A stretch of DNA of 64,000 nucleotides from assembly GCA_965222375.1 (NCBI GenBank), contig CBDCTZ010000016.1:768001-832000 (forward strand). Reading direction: 5' to 3'. The first letter of the stretch is position 1. Every line of letters starts with the position of its first letter. The DNA comes from Polyangiaceae bacterium (GTDB taxonomy: Bacteria > Myxococcota_A > Polyangia > Polyangiales > Polyangiaceae). A model generated the notes under the pieces. It had not been told where the DNA came from. It did no database searches and saw only the letters and a program-made list of their open reading frames with translations. Below, in pieces: positions 19,487-29,238 of the stretch. The position numbers and the translations under genes were made by a program.

Positions 19487-21028
19487 TCAGAGGCAACCGA
19501 CAACTTTGCCGTTCGCGTCAACGATGGGTGACGCACAGGGCTTCTTCGTGGAGCCGCCGGACTTGGGTGTCGGGCGCGAAGTCGTTGGCTTGGTCGTCAC
19601 GCTTGGGCTGCTCGGTTTCCCGGCCGGAGGCTTGGCCTCTCTGGCCACGGCCTTGGCTTCACTAGCCACGGGCTGCTTCTCGGACTCGGGTTCTGGCTCC
19701 GGGGGGGATTCCGGCTCGGGTGTAGCAGTCTCCACCAGCTTGGCTGTCGGCACCGGTCCAGGGCCACTTGGCTTGTTGACGGCGGGACCCGCTGTGACCC
19801 GGTTGGGGGGCTTGTCCACTGTGGGAGCGGCGACGGGTGGCGGTGCTTCGGAACGTGTGGCACGCATCAGGACCAGCGCGCTGACGGCACCGAGAAGCAG
19901 AATAGCCAAGGTGGCGGCGACCCACTGCAGGCGCGTCTTGGTCTTGGAGGACGGCCGGACAGCGGGAACGCGCAAGTGGCTCGCCGGGGTCACTGCGACG
20001 CCATGGGTCGTCGAGTGGGAAGTGGAAGCCGTTGTCGCGTGTCCAGACGGCGACGACGTGGACGAACTGGTGGACGTGGAGGGAACGCTTGGCTGGGATG
20101 CTGAACCGGTAACCTCGTTGGTCGCCACCGCGCCGCTTGCGGTGCTTTCGCTGCGGTCTCTCCTTTGCGTCTTGTTTGGTGTGCCAACGACGATCGAGGG
20201 TAGGACGAAGGGTTCCAGGGCCGCGATTATCTCGCTGGCGTCCTGGTACCGCTCGTTGACCTTCCGTTGCAGACAGTGACTGATGACCGCCTCCAGCTCC
20301 TTGTCCAGCGTGGCACTGAACTGGGAGGCCCTTGGGATGTCACTGAAGAGGATCATCGACAGCATCGCTGCAGGTGACTCTGCCGCGAAGGGCCGACGAC
20401 CGGCGATCATCTCGAACAAGAGTACGCCGATGGACCACAAGTCCGCGCGGTGATCGACGCGAGCGCCCCGCGCTTGCTCCGGACTCATATAGGCTGGCGA
20501 TCCTACGGCAATACCCGTGGAAGTGATCAGCTGTTGCTCTTCGCTGAGAACCTTACTCACGCCGAAGTCCAACACTTTTAGCACGATGCCGTGAGGGGTT
20601 TCGTGCAGCACCACGTTGCTGGGCTTCAGGTCGCGGTGCACGATGTTGGCGTTGTGGGCCGCCTTTAGCGCGATGCAAATGTCGCGCGCGACGGTCGCGG
20701 CAAGCTTCGGGTCCAAGCGCCGCTGTCGCTTGATCACACTGCGCAGGGTCTGTCCCTGCAGGAGCTCCATCACCAGAAAGGGTTCGCCAGAATCGGTCTT
20801 GCCAACGTCCAGGATGTCAACGACATGCCGATTCTCGAGGCGCCCGGCGGCCCCTGCTTCTCGGACAAGGCGCGCCTGCATCTCCTCGGATGCCCCGGTG
20901 GTCAGCAGCTTGATCGCGACGGGCTCGCGGGTGGACTCGTGCATCGCCGCCCACACGGTTCCCATACCGCCCTTGCCCACCGGGCGAACCAGTCGGTAGC
21001 TGCCACCGATGACGGCCCCCGCATGCAT
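19487..21028 (-). CDS. Membrane Ser/Thr protein kinase
   Basis: GKGGMG, VAIK, HRDLKPSN, DFG, YMSPE; one TM; Pro-rich extracytoplasmic tail. Confidence 0.95.
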   Translation of the reverse strand: MHAGAVIGGSYRLVRPVGKGGMGTVWAAMHESTREPVAIKLLTTGASEEMQARLVREAGAAGRLENRHVVDILDVGKTDSGEPFLVMELLQGQTLRSVIKRQRRLDPKLAATVARDICIALKAAHNANIVHRDLKPSNVVLHETPHGIVLKVLDFGVSKVLSEEQQLITSTGIAVGSPAYMSPEQARGARVDHRADLWSIGVLLFEMIAGRRPFAAESPAAMLSMILFSDIPRASQFSATLDKELEAVISHCLQRKVNERYQDASEIIAALEPFVLPSIVVGTPNKTQRRDRSESTASGAVATNEVTGSASQPSVPSTSTSSSTSSPSGHATTASTSHSTTHGVAVTPASHLRVPAVRPSSKTKTRLQWVAATLAILLLGAVSALVLMRATRSEAPPPVAAPTVDKPPNRVTAGPAVNKPSGPGPVPTAKLVETATPEPESPPEPEPESEKQPVASEAKAVAREAKPPAGKPSSPSVTTKPTTSRPTPKSGGSTKKPCASPIVDANGKVVGCL

Positions 21029-21143
21029 CCCGCAAGGGTAGCGTGGATGGTCACCAAGGGAAACGAACCCGGATCACGACGCGCTGCGGCATGCAGCATC
21101 TGCGCGGGTCGGCGGCCTCGGGCCACGGCACCCGTATGGTGCT

Positions 21144-24095
21144 CTAGAACACCGAAGCGGCAACAAAATAGGTCTGACCACCCGTCGGCGCCTCTGAGTC
21201 CGTGCCGCGAGCATGGCCCAGGCGCAAGTTCACCCGAGCGAAGTAGCCGAGGACGACGTCCATCCACAGCTCCGCGCCCACCCCTAGGTGGTACTCCTCG
21301 AAGGGATTTTCCAAGTCGATGCGATTGAACGCACCACCATAGTCGGCAAAGACCGCGCCGCTGAGGGTGCGCAAGAACACGGGCAGCGTGCTGATACCCC
21401 GATCCGCGTACAAGATGGGAAACCGGTACTCGGTGTTCAGCAGGTTGAAGTGCGTTCCAATGAACTGTGCGGGTTCGTAACCTCGGAGCCGAAAGCTCGA
21501 CTGGAGAACGCCGTCCGTAAAAGCATCCAACACGGGCAAGTCGACGAAGCCACCGGTGAAGAAAAGACCTCGGCGTGGATAGGTTCCCACCGCCGCACCC
21601 CCCGACAGCCCGAGGGCTAGGATATGGTGCTCAGCCCAGGGCATTGGCAGATAGCCCCGCGCCCTCCCGGAAAAGCTGGTCAAGGTGTCGTCGCTGCCGA
21701 GTTCCTTCAGCGCGAAGTCCCCCGACAGAGAAAGACTGAAGCCCCGCTCGGTGCTGATCGCATACGGGGAACTATCGGCGTTGGAATAGCTGTAGCCCAG
21801 GGATGTCATGCCCATGAAGCCACGGTGCGGATCCCGAGTGACCCGCGCGTAGGGATCAGCGCGGGTGCCGATCGGCAGAGTTCCGTCGAAGCTCATCGCC
21901 GTGTAGGACAGCGAGACGGACTGGAACTCGAACACCCCGGGCATACTGTAGGAGATGCCCGTGCGTGCGCCCAGCTGATGCTCCAGGAATATCGGAGTCT
22001 CATCTGCGAAGCGGTAGCCGGAACGCGGTGCGACGCGCCGAAACAGGGTGGCGAAGAAATCGAAGGGTAGCCGACGGTAGGCATAGGAGGCCGTGCCGCT
22101 AACCTCGCCTTCATCGGGCTCCACCAGCAGGGTCAGGGCGAAAGTGTGATGGCCGACAATGTCGGAGCCGCGTGTTGTCATCCGCAAAGCGTTACCGAAC
22201 GTGCCCGGGCCATACTCGACTTCGTAGGCACGTGGGGCCAGGGTTGGCAGCGGGTTGTAGGTTTCGACCGGCCAGCGCTTGGTCGGCACTTCTGGGTGCG
22301 GCCGGGGTCGCTCCGCGTCGAAGGGCAGCGCAGCGAGGAAGCGCGACCGCTGCAGCGGCATGCTGAACAGGTCGAACCCTTTAGAGGTGTATCCGATGTA
22401 GAACAGGGTGCGGCCGTCCGGGGAAACCTCCGGGTAGTAGGCGCCGGTCTTGACGTTCGTGACTTGATGCAAGTCTCCGCTACGCGTGTCGTAGGCGTAA
22501 ACATTGGCAATGCCGGTGCGATCAGAAGTAAAGAAGAGCAGGTCGTCGTCCGGAGACCAGGTGGGCTGCTGGTCCAGCGCGATATCGTGGGTGACTTGAT
22601 GAAACTTTCCGGTTTTCAAGTCGACAATGCGCACATCCCGATAGCCCCCTGCGGCCCATGCGCTGTAGGCAAGGCGTCTGCCGTCATTTGAAAAGCGAGG
22701 AGTGAAGGCTTGCTCATAGCGAGCGCTCGGTACCGCGATTCGTTCTCGTTCGATTCGTCCGTCGGGCGTGATGTCTGCGAGCCGAAGCGTCGATGTTCCA
22801 GCCCGATTCGTTACGAACGCCATGCGTCGACCGTCCCGACTAACGGCAGGATCTCGCGCCCGCCGTCCCTTGGTCAGGCGACCCACGCTTCGGCTCAAAC
22901 CCCTGGGCGATGAGTTTCCCGCGGTCTGACGGAACAGGTCGTTGAAGAAGTAGCGCCTGCCAGATGGCGCGACGTTGTCGAAGACGAAGCTGCAGGATGG
23001 TTCAAAGTCTAGAGTCCGCCCTGAACTGCGGGCGACGAGCTGTGGCGAGTCGCTGCTGGCCCTATTCCGCGCCGCTAGCTTGACTCGGTAGAAACCCGCC
23101 GGAGAGTGGCCGTCGTCCCGGTAGTAGAGGATCTCCTCCGCTGCTCCGCTACGCGCACATTTCGGCACGAAGCGCGGCGTTGCCGCAACGCGACCGCGGT
23201 GAGTGAGCTGAGTCCCCTCGCGCATTCCGCGCTTCTTCGCGGCACCGACCTGCTTCGCATACTTTCTGCGCAGGTGCGCCTTCCACCCCTCGTACAGCTG
23301 GACGTAGGTGCGACCAGTCGCGCGTCGAATGGATCGGTTGATCCCCCAAGGCATGATGTTGGCGCCATAGTCCGTGGCGACGGCGGCAAATGTGTCCGGC
23401 CCATATACATCTGCAATCCAGCCAACGAACTTGCCCCCGTAGAGGTACCAAAGGTTTCCGGTTGGCCAACGCCGCGCCGGGTTGCTTATCTGATCGAGGC
23501 GCGCGATGCGGTTTTCCAGCACGTCGGCCCGCAGGTACATGTCGAATTGAGTGGAGCGAAGGCGTCCTCCACCGCTGTGTTCTGATTCAAGGGCGACAGC
23601 GAGGCCCTCCAAGATCCATCGGGGCTGCACCTGGTTCGGCGCGTTGGTCTTGCCCAAGATGGAGTTGACCAAAGCCGGCACCCCGCTGATGTTGTCGACG
23701 TGGAGAATGTGCACGTATTCGTGGGTGAGCAGTTCGCTCAGCCAGTCATCGTATTCGCCCAGAGGCGACATGTCGTCCGGCGCGCTGACGAACATGCGGA
23801 TGGCGTTGTAGGGCAAGGCTGTGGCTGACCCGTTGGCGGAGTCGGTGGTGTCGGTGAGTAGGATCTCCGTTACTTCGGTGGGGCGCCAACCGAGCTGCGG
23901 TACGAGTCGGCGGTGGATTGCCTCGCCGAGATTTGCAACTCGCTGCGCCGAACTCTCGAGCCCGCTGTGGTAGTGCACCCGTAGGTTGGGCGTCTTGACT
24001 GTGTACCACCGCAGGTAGGGATCCCCCGCTCTGGCTGTTGCACTCACCACCGTCAGCGCTGCTGCCAGCGACAACGCGGTGAGCCACGACTTCAT
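21144..24095 (-). CDS. Omp85/BamA-superfamily protein with N-terminal gluzincin peptidase domain and PD40 (TolB-like) propeller
   Basis: Signal peptide; HEYVH plus downstream WILEG; PTWSPD/PEVSPDG repeats; LRGY barrel motif; C-terminal Phe. Confidence 0.8.
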   Translation of the reverse strand: MKSWLTALSLAAALTVVSATARAGDPYLRWYTVKTPNLRVHYHSGLESSAQRVANLGEAIHRRLVPQLGWRPTEVTEILLTDTTDSANGSATALPYNAIRMFVSAPDDMSPLGEYDDWLSELLTHEYVHILHVDNISGVPALVNSILGKTNAPNQVQPRWILEGLAVALESEHSGGGRLRSTQFDMYLRADVLENRIARLDQISNPARRWPTGNLWYLYGGKFVGWIADVYGPDTFAAVATDYGANIMPWGINRSIRRATGRTYVQLYEGWKAHLRRKYAKQVGAAKKRGMREGTQLTHRGRVAATPRFVPKCARSGAAEEILYYRDDGHSPAGFYRVKLAARNRASSDSPQLVARSSGRTLDFEPSCSFVFDNVAPSGRRYFFNDLFRQTAGNSSPRGLSRSVGRLTKGRRARDPAVSRDGRRMAFVTNRAGTSTLRLADITPDGRIERERIAVPSARYEQAFTPRFSNDGRRLAYSAWAAGGYRDVRIVDLKTGKFHQVTHDIALDQQPTWSPDDDLLFFTSDRTGIANVYAYDTRSGDLHQVTNVKTGAYYPEVSPDGRTLFYIGYTSKGFDLFSMPLQRSRFLAALPFDAERPRPHPEVPTKRWPVETYNPLPTLAPRAYEVEYGPGTFGNALRMTTRGSDIVGHHTFALTLLVEPDEGEVSGTASYAYRRLPFDFFATLFRRVAPRSGYRFADETPIFLEHQLGARTGISYSMPGVFEFQSVSLSYTAMSFDGTLPIGTRADPYARVTRDPHRGFMGMTSLGYSYSNADSSPYAISTERGFSLSLSGDFALKELGSDDTLTSFSGRARGYLPMPWAEHHILALGLSGGAAVGTYPRRGLFFTGGFVDLPVLDAFTDGVLQSSFRLRGYEPAQFIGTHFNLLNTEYRFPILYADRGISTLPVFLRTLSGAVFADYGGAFNRIDLENPFEEYHLGVGAELWMDVVLGYFARVNLRLGHARGTDSEAPTGGQTYFVAASVF

Positions 24096-24122
24096 GGACT
24101 AGTTGGCCAGAGTGGTCCCGCC

Positions 24123-25367
24123 TCATAGGTCATCGTGAAACAGCGGCTCACGATTCCTGACGTAGCGGTAGACGAGCTGACGACCCTCTGGGGAGATCTG
24201 CGTGAATTTGGCACCGAAACCAGGGGGCGCTTCCACCCCAGCCGTTGAAGCCGGCGCTTCTCGCACCCACTCCACGACGGCCAATGCCTCGAACTCGTAG
24301 CCCCCCGGCAGAGACACGTGCACCACCACATTTTCACCCATTTTTGGGATTTGGTACGTGGCGACGAAGATCCCGCCTGCTTCTATGACGTCGTTGCCGC
24401 TCAACCCCTTGTAAAAATTGGTCGGGCTGTGCGCGCCCAGGTTGGCCTCGGCGCGCTTCGTGTTGGGCGGCGCCTGAATGGGCACTGCCGGCCCAGGAGC
24501 CGCCTGGGGATGGGAGCCTGCGGAGGGAGCCGCTTGCGGCGCGGACCCCGCGGGAGCCGCTTGGGGATGAGAGCCTGCGGCAGGCGCGCCCTGCTGGCCC
24601 GGCCACGGCTGTTGCGGTTGTTGCCAACCCGCAGGGGGCCCAGGGGCGGCCGGGGCAACCGCTGCGGGGGCGGCCGGGGCAACGGGCGCCGCTGGCGCGA
24701 CGGGCGCCGCGGCGGCGGGCGCAGCGGCTACGGGTGCCACGGGCTGCTGTGGCTGTTGCCAGGGCGGTGGTTGTGCGGGTGCCTGGGGTGCTTGTGGAGC
24801 CTGCGGTGCCTGAGGGGCTTGTGGTGCCGGTTGCTGCGCTTGCGGTGCTTGCTGAGCTTGGGGTGGCATGACTGCGGTGGCGCCGAGTCCAGGCGTGGCG
24901 CCTGCGGCTGGAGCGACGTGCGGCGCTGCCGATGGGAACTGCCCGAAGCCGCCAGCAGCAGGCGCCCCAGGTTGCTGTGCTGCGCCAGTGGGTTGCGCCG
25001 CAGCGGGTTGCGCTGCCGCCGGTTGCGGCGCGCCTACCTGCCCGGGAGCGGCGGCGCTAGCCAGCGAATGCACCATCCCGAGTGCACCTGCGACCGCTTC
25101 GGTTGCTTGGCCCACGGCTGGGTGATTGTCGTTGGCGTGGGCCTGCAGCAGAGACAGTGCGTTCCGCACGGCGGCTAGGGCCGCTGGGCCAGCCTCGGCG
25201 GCGGCACTGCCACCCGAGGCCTCGATGCGATGCAGCGCGCTCATCGCTTGCGCGACGGGTTCGGCCACGTTGCCGAGTTGCTCCGGCACGCCGGGGCTCT
25301 GCAGTGCTGACAGCCCCCGCGCGAGGTTTTCGCGTGCTGCTTTCGCTTGGCTGATCGGATCGCTCAT
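24123..25367 (-). CDS. TIGR02266/PilZ-like C-terminal domain protein with long Pro/Ala/Gln linker
   Basis: GGIFVATY...VEWVRE...PGFGAKF...REPLFHD; GGAGG SD. Confidence 0.75.
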   Translation of the reverse strand: MSDPISQAKAARENLARGLSALQSPGVPEQLGNVAEPVAQAMSALHRIEASGGSAAAEAGPAALAAVRNALSLLQAHANDNHPAVGQATEAVAGALGMVHSLASAAAPGQVGAPQPAAAQPAAAQPTGAAQQPGAPAAGGFGQFPSAAPHVAPAAGATPGLGATAVMPPQAQQAPQAQQPAPQAPQAPQAPQAPQAPAQPPPWQQPQQPVAPVAAAPAAAAPVAPAAPVAPAAPAAVAPAAPGPPAGWQQPQQPWPGQQGAPAAGSHPQAAPAGSAPQAAPSAGSHPQAAPGPAVPIQAPPNTKRAEANLGAHSPTNFYKGLSGNDVIEAGGIFVATYQIPKMGENVVVHVSLPGGYEFEALAVVEWVREAPASTAGVEAPPGFGAKFTQISPEGRQLVYRYVRNREPLFHDDL

Positions 25368-25454
25368 CCAGCTCCTCCGTAGAGGCGACCAGTCTATATC
25401 AAGGTGAGGCCCTCAATACTCGCTTGTTTCCGACATTCTCGAATTGCGCGTGGC

Positions 25455-26366
25455 TCAAGGCGGGTCTGGGGGAAGGATCGCAACCCTGGCAGCGAGGCCG
25501 GCCCCGTCCAGCTCCTCGCCAGTGTCGGCCAGAACTGCTCGTTCCACGGACAGGGCGCCGTCTCTGACGCCAAGTCGCACCCGTGAATCCGGGCCCGGCC
25601 AAACGGCCGCTTCTCCCGGCAGCAAGGGACCAGATTCCGCTGTGCGCTCTGCTCGAATCACGAAGAGGTCGAGGCCTCGGATGCACAGGGCAAGACCTGG
25701 GACTGGTGCAAGCGCGCGAATTCGCCGCAAGGCGCGCTCAGCGTCCCAGCTAGCGTCCAGTTTCAGCAACGGCCCCTTTGGTTCCGGGGCCCAGGTGACA
25801 GCGCGGTCGTCTTGCACCTGCCCGTTCAGAGGAGCGCCCTTGGCGGCCTCCCCAATGCATCGTCGTAGCGCGCCGAGCGACAGACGGTCCAGCGCGCGCG
25901 CCAGCTGCCAGGAGTCTCGATCTCCGATCTCGAGCTGCTGCTGGAAGATCACGTTTCCGGAATCGTACTCTTCCGCCAGCCAGTGGACCGAGATACCAGA
26001 GGTTGTATCGCCTGAATCAATTGCCCAGAAAAAGGGGTTCGGCCCGCGATGTCGCGGCAACAACGATGGATGGACCCCGATGCCTCCTCGCGCCGCCAGG
26101 GACAGCCACTCGCTGGGGATGTGACGCGTCCAGAACCAGCTCATGATCAGGTCCGGTCGGATTTCCTTCAACTCGTTGCGGACGCGTTGGTCGAGAACGT
26201 CGGGAGAGCAGTCCGCCGCCCGGTGCACCGAAGCGGATGACAGCTCTCGTCTCAGACGTCTGAGGCCCGGCGCTGCAATTGGCGACAGCACGGCCAAGCG
26301 CACGTCGTGCCCGTCACGGCTCAGGCACAGGGCAGCCAAGGGCAGGCCGAAAAAGGCGATTTTCAT
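25455..26366 (-). CDS. Formyltransferase (Fmt/ArnA-like)
   Basis: HPSLLPRHRGPNP and EYDSG motifs; Fmt-like C-terminal domain (RIRALAPVPG). Confidence 0.8.
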   Translation of the reverse strand: MKIAFFGLPLAALCLSRDGHDVRLAVLSPIAAPGLRRLRRELSSASVHRAADCSPDVLDQRVRNELKEIRPDLIMSWFWTRHIPSEWLSLAARGGIGVHPSLLPRHRGPNPFFWAIDSGDTTSGISVHWLAEEYDSGNVIFQQQLEIGDRDSWQLARALDRLSLGALRRCIGEAAKGAPLNGQVQDDRAVTWAPEPKGPLLKLDASWDAERALRRIRALAPVPGLALCIRGLDLFVIRAERTAESGPLLPGEAAVWPGPDSRVRLGVRDGALSVERAVLADTGEELDGAGLAARVAILPPDPP

Positions 26367-26500
26367 CAATGCTCAGCATACCCAGGGCACTGCCGGAGGG
26401 CGCAAACGGCCGTTCCTGGGCTCAAGCGGGTGGTTGGTGCAAGTCCACGAAAAAGCCGAAAAGTTGTTCCTGGCAGGCTGCCGCTGATAGGTCGAGGCCC

Positions 26501-27289
26501 ATGGATACTGGGGCAAAAGGCCGCCCTTTCCGCCCGGTGCTCCGGCCCGGGGAGAAGCGATTCGATTCTACAGCCGCGCGCCGCCCCATCCTTGTCTTCG
26601 AGGAACTCCACAAAGCGTATCGACCCGATGCGCCTGTGCTGCGGGGATTGAGCCTGGAGATTCAAAGGGGAGAGTTCGTTTTCATTACCGGGCCGTCGGG
26701 AGCCGGCAAGAGCACATTGCTGCGAATGCTCTACGCCGCGGAGGCGGTGGATTCTGGTCGCATTCTGTTCATGGGGCGTGAAGTGGGCCGCCTGACGGAA
26801 GACTCGGTTCCGTTTCTCCGCCGCAACATTGGCGTGGTGTTTCAGGACTTCAAGTTGGTTCCGAACTGGTCGGTGAACGAAAACGTCGCGCTTCCATTGG
26901 AGGTCTTGGGCGTTCCTTCTCGGCTCAGGAATCAACGGGTCGGTGATGCCCTCGAGCGCGTTGGGCTCGGGGGTCGCGGCTCCGACCTTGCGGGTACGTT
27001 ATCCGGCGGCGAACAGCAGCGGGTGTCTATTGCCCGAGCGATCGTTGGAGAACCCGCGCTGGTGCTGGCCGACGAACCCACCGGCAATCTCGACCCGCAA
27101 CTTGCCATCGATATTCTTGGCCTCTTCGAGGACATCAACGAGAGTGGGGTCACTGTCCTTTTCGCCACCCACGACCGCACGTTGCTCGACGTGCGCCCCC
27201 GCCGGGTCGTGGTCCTGGACGAAGGCAGAGCCATGGACGTCAAAGGCGGCCTGGAACGCGCGGCTGAGATCCAACGCGAGGTAGCCTGA
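26501..27289 (+). CDS. ftsE: Cell division ATP-binding protein FtsE
   Basis: GPSGAGKS, LRRNIGVVFQDFKL, LSGGEQQR, ADEPTGNLD. Confidence 0.9.
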   Translation: MDTGAKGRPFRPVLRPGEKRFDSTAARRPILVFEELHKAYRPDAPVLRGLSLEIQRGEFVFITGPSGAGKSTLLRMLYAAEAVDSGRILFMGREVGRLTEDSVPFLRRNIGVVFQDFKLVPNWSVNENVALPLEVLGVPSRLRNQRVGDALERVGLGGRGSDLAGTLSGGEQQRVSIARAIVGEPALVLADEPTGNLDPQLAIDILGLFEDINESGVTVLFATHDRTLLDVRPRRVVVLDEGRAMDVKGGLERAAEIQREVA

Positions 27290-27290
27290 C

Positions 27291-28160
27291 ATGACCCCCC
27301 TAGAAAGAGCTTGGCGCGGGACTCGAAACGATTGGCGGCTTCATTCGCTGAGCGTCTTTTCGGTGGCGGTGGCCTTCGTGTGCCTGGCTGCCGCGCTTCT
27401 CGTCGTTGTCAACGTCCAGGCCATCAAGAACCGCTGGAGTGAAAGCGGGCGCGCTTCCGTGTACCTCAAGCCCGAGGCCACTCCGGCGCAGATCCAAGCG
27501 ATCGAAAACGCACTGCGCAGCACGCCCGGGGTTACCGATGTCCGTTTCGTCAGCAGCGAAGACGCGCGACAGGAGGTGCTCGGAAGCTCCAAGGGCGACG
27601 TCCTCTCGGCGTTGCCCGCCGAGGCGTTCCCGGCGTCTCTAGAGGTGCGGGTAGCGGACGACAGTGACGCGACGCAGCTGAGCAAGTTGTCATCTCAGCT
27701 GGGGAACCTCCCGGCGGTAGAGGCCGTTGAAACCTATGAAGACTGGGGTGAGCGATTGGGCAGCCTGCTCGCCGGTGGCACCACGGCTTCCTTGGTCCTT
27801 GCGTTGGTCGTGTTGGCAGCAGTTGTGAGCGTCGTGTCTTCGACGATTCGCCTGTCGCTTCAGCGGCGGCGGATCGAGGTTGAGGTTCTGAAGCTAGTCG
27901 GGGCCACGGATTCTTACGTGCGTCGACCTTTCGTGCTCGAGGGGGCAGCGCAGGGAGCTCTAGGCGCGTTCTGCGCGATACTCATTCTCGGCGTTCTGTA
28001 CGCCATCGTTCGAGAAAACTTCGACAGCCAGCTTTCCGTGCTGCTTGGCGTGACGCCCACGTTCTTGCCGTGGACCGCCGTGTTCGGGATGGTGAGCCTT
28101 GGCGGTCTTCTGGGCGCGCTGGCTGCTTTTGGAAGCCTCCGCAAGCTGCTCAGCGTGTGA
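27291..28160 (+). CDS. ftsX: Cell division permease FtsX
   Basis: 4 TM; RRIEVEVLKLVGATDSYVRRPFVLEG; follows ftsE. Confidence 0.9.
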   Translation: MTPLERAWRGTRNDWRLHSLSVFSVAVAFVCLAAALLVVVNVQAIKNRWSESGRASVYLKPEATPAQIQAIENALRSTPGVTDVRFVSSEDARQEVLGSSKGDVLSALPAEAFPASLEVRVADDSDATQLSKLSSQLGNLPAVEAVETYEDWGERLGSLLAGGTTASLVLALVVLAAVVSVVSSTIRLSLQRRRIEVEVLKLVGATDSYVRRPFVLEGAAQGALGAFCAILILGVLYAIVRENFDSQLSVLLGVTPTFLPWTAVFGMVSLGGLLGALAAFGSLRKLLSV

Positions 28161-28166
28161 TGTGAC

Positions 28167-29165
28167 ATGAGCTCACGACTTCGCTTCGCCTTGGTCGTCG
28201 CAGCAGGTGCCGCGGTCGCGCCGCTTTCGGCTGGCCAAACCGCGCCGCCTCTCAGCGTCCCACCACCGGCGTTGCCGGCTGTGTCCCCCCCGCCGCCCGC
28301 AGCGACCATGCTCGATCCCGAGAGGCGCGTGGAAGAGCTCCGGCGCAAAGAACGCGCTGTCAAGAAGGACCTCGAGGTCTTGAAGCAGGAAGCCGAGCGA
28401 GCGCGAGTGCGCACGGTTGCCCGAGGCCGGACCTACGTCCGCCTCGCTCGCGCAGGGCTCCTGCCCGTGGGTGGAGGCTTCGAGGCGACCATTGATCACG
28501 CCTCCAAGATTGAACGCCTACACCGGGCCATTGCCCGAGACATCGAGCTGGAGCGGAAATTAGCAGGGCGTCGCGTGTCGCTTTCCAAGCGGCTAGACGC
28601 TCTCCGCGCACAGCGTGAGCCCTTGGAGGTTCAAGCTCGCGCAACGGCACATGCTCGCGGCGCGATCCTCGCGGCACAAGACCGTGCTCTGGCATTCCAG
28701 CGCGCTTTCGAGAGCAGCGGGACGGCACCGCACACTGCCATCTATGGAGGCATTGGGCCCATCGATCCCTCGGCTGCGGCGTCGGGTATGGCTTCGATGA
28801 AGGGGCGTTTGCCGTTCCCCATTACGGGTCGGTCGGAGATCCACTCGGCCCGGCGCCCTGGCGCCGACGGCCCGGGTTTGGAGATGCGCGCTCCTCGCGG
28901 AACGCCCGTCCGGGCGGTCTATCCCGGCCGCGTCGCATTCGCGGACAGCTACGCCGCCTACGGTAAGACCATCATCGTCGAGCACGGAGATCGCCACTAC
29001 ACGGTCAGCGCCAATCTCGACGAGATCGCCGTCAAGGCGGGAGAGGACGTCAGGACCGGCGCTCGGATTGGATCCGTCGGCGATACCGGTCAGGGATCGA
29101 TGCTGTACTTCGAGATCCGCGTGGGCACCGAAACGGTGGATCCTGCGGAATGGTTCGGAATCTGA
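28167..29165 (+). CDS. EnvC-like murein hydrolase activator (coiled coil + degenerate M23/LytM)
   Basis: KGRLPFP, YGKTIIVEHG, LYFEIR; Zn ligands lost (GPGLE, SANL); follows ftsEX. Confidence 0.85.
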   Translation: MSSRLRFALVVAAGAAVAPLSAGQTAPPLSVPPPALPAVSPPPPAATMLDPERRVEELRRKERAVKKDLEVLKQEAERARVRTVARGRTYVRLARAGLLPVGGGFEATIDHASKIERLHRAIARDIELERKLAGRRVSLSKRLDALRAQREPLEVQARATAHARGAILAAQDRALAFQRAFESSGTAPHTAIYGGIGPIDPSAAASGMASMKGRLPFPITGRSEIHSARRPGADGPGLEMRAPRGTPVRAVYPGRVAFADSYAAYGKTIIVEHGDRHYTVSANLDEIAVKAGEDVRTGARIGSVGDTGQGSMLYFEIRVGTETVDPAEWFGI

Positions 29166-29238
29166 AAATCGGACGCAACTGCCCTGCCGAGTGGCCGAGG
29201 AGAGCTCCATTGCCGTTGATTTGTACGGAGGTTTTCTC

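Noticed and set aside
25455..26366. Assigning the symbol fmt
   Set aside because: Formyltransferase fold is clear, but motifs diverge (GVHPS, FFGLP) and there is no def/rsmB context; it may be a paralogue.
29166..29238. Sigma28-like promoter (GCCGTTGA) upstream of the needle-like gene
   Set aside because: Two mismatches to GCCGATAA and no TAAA -35 element at the right spacing.
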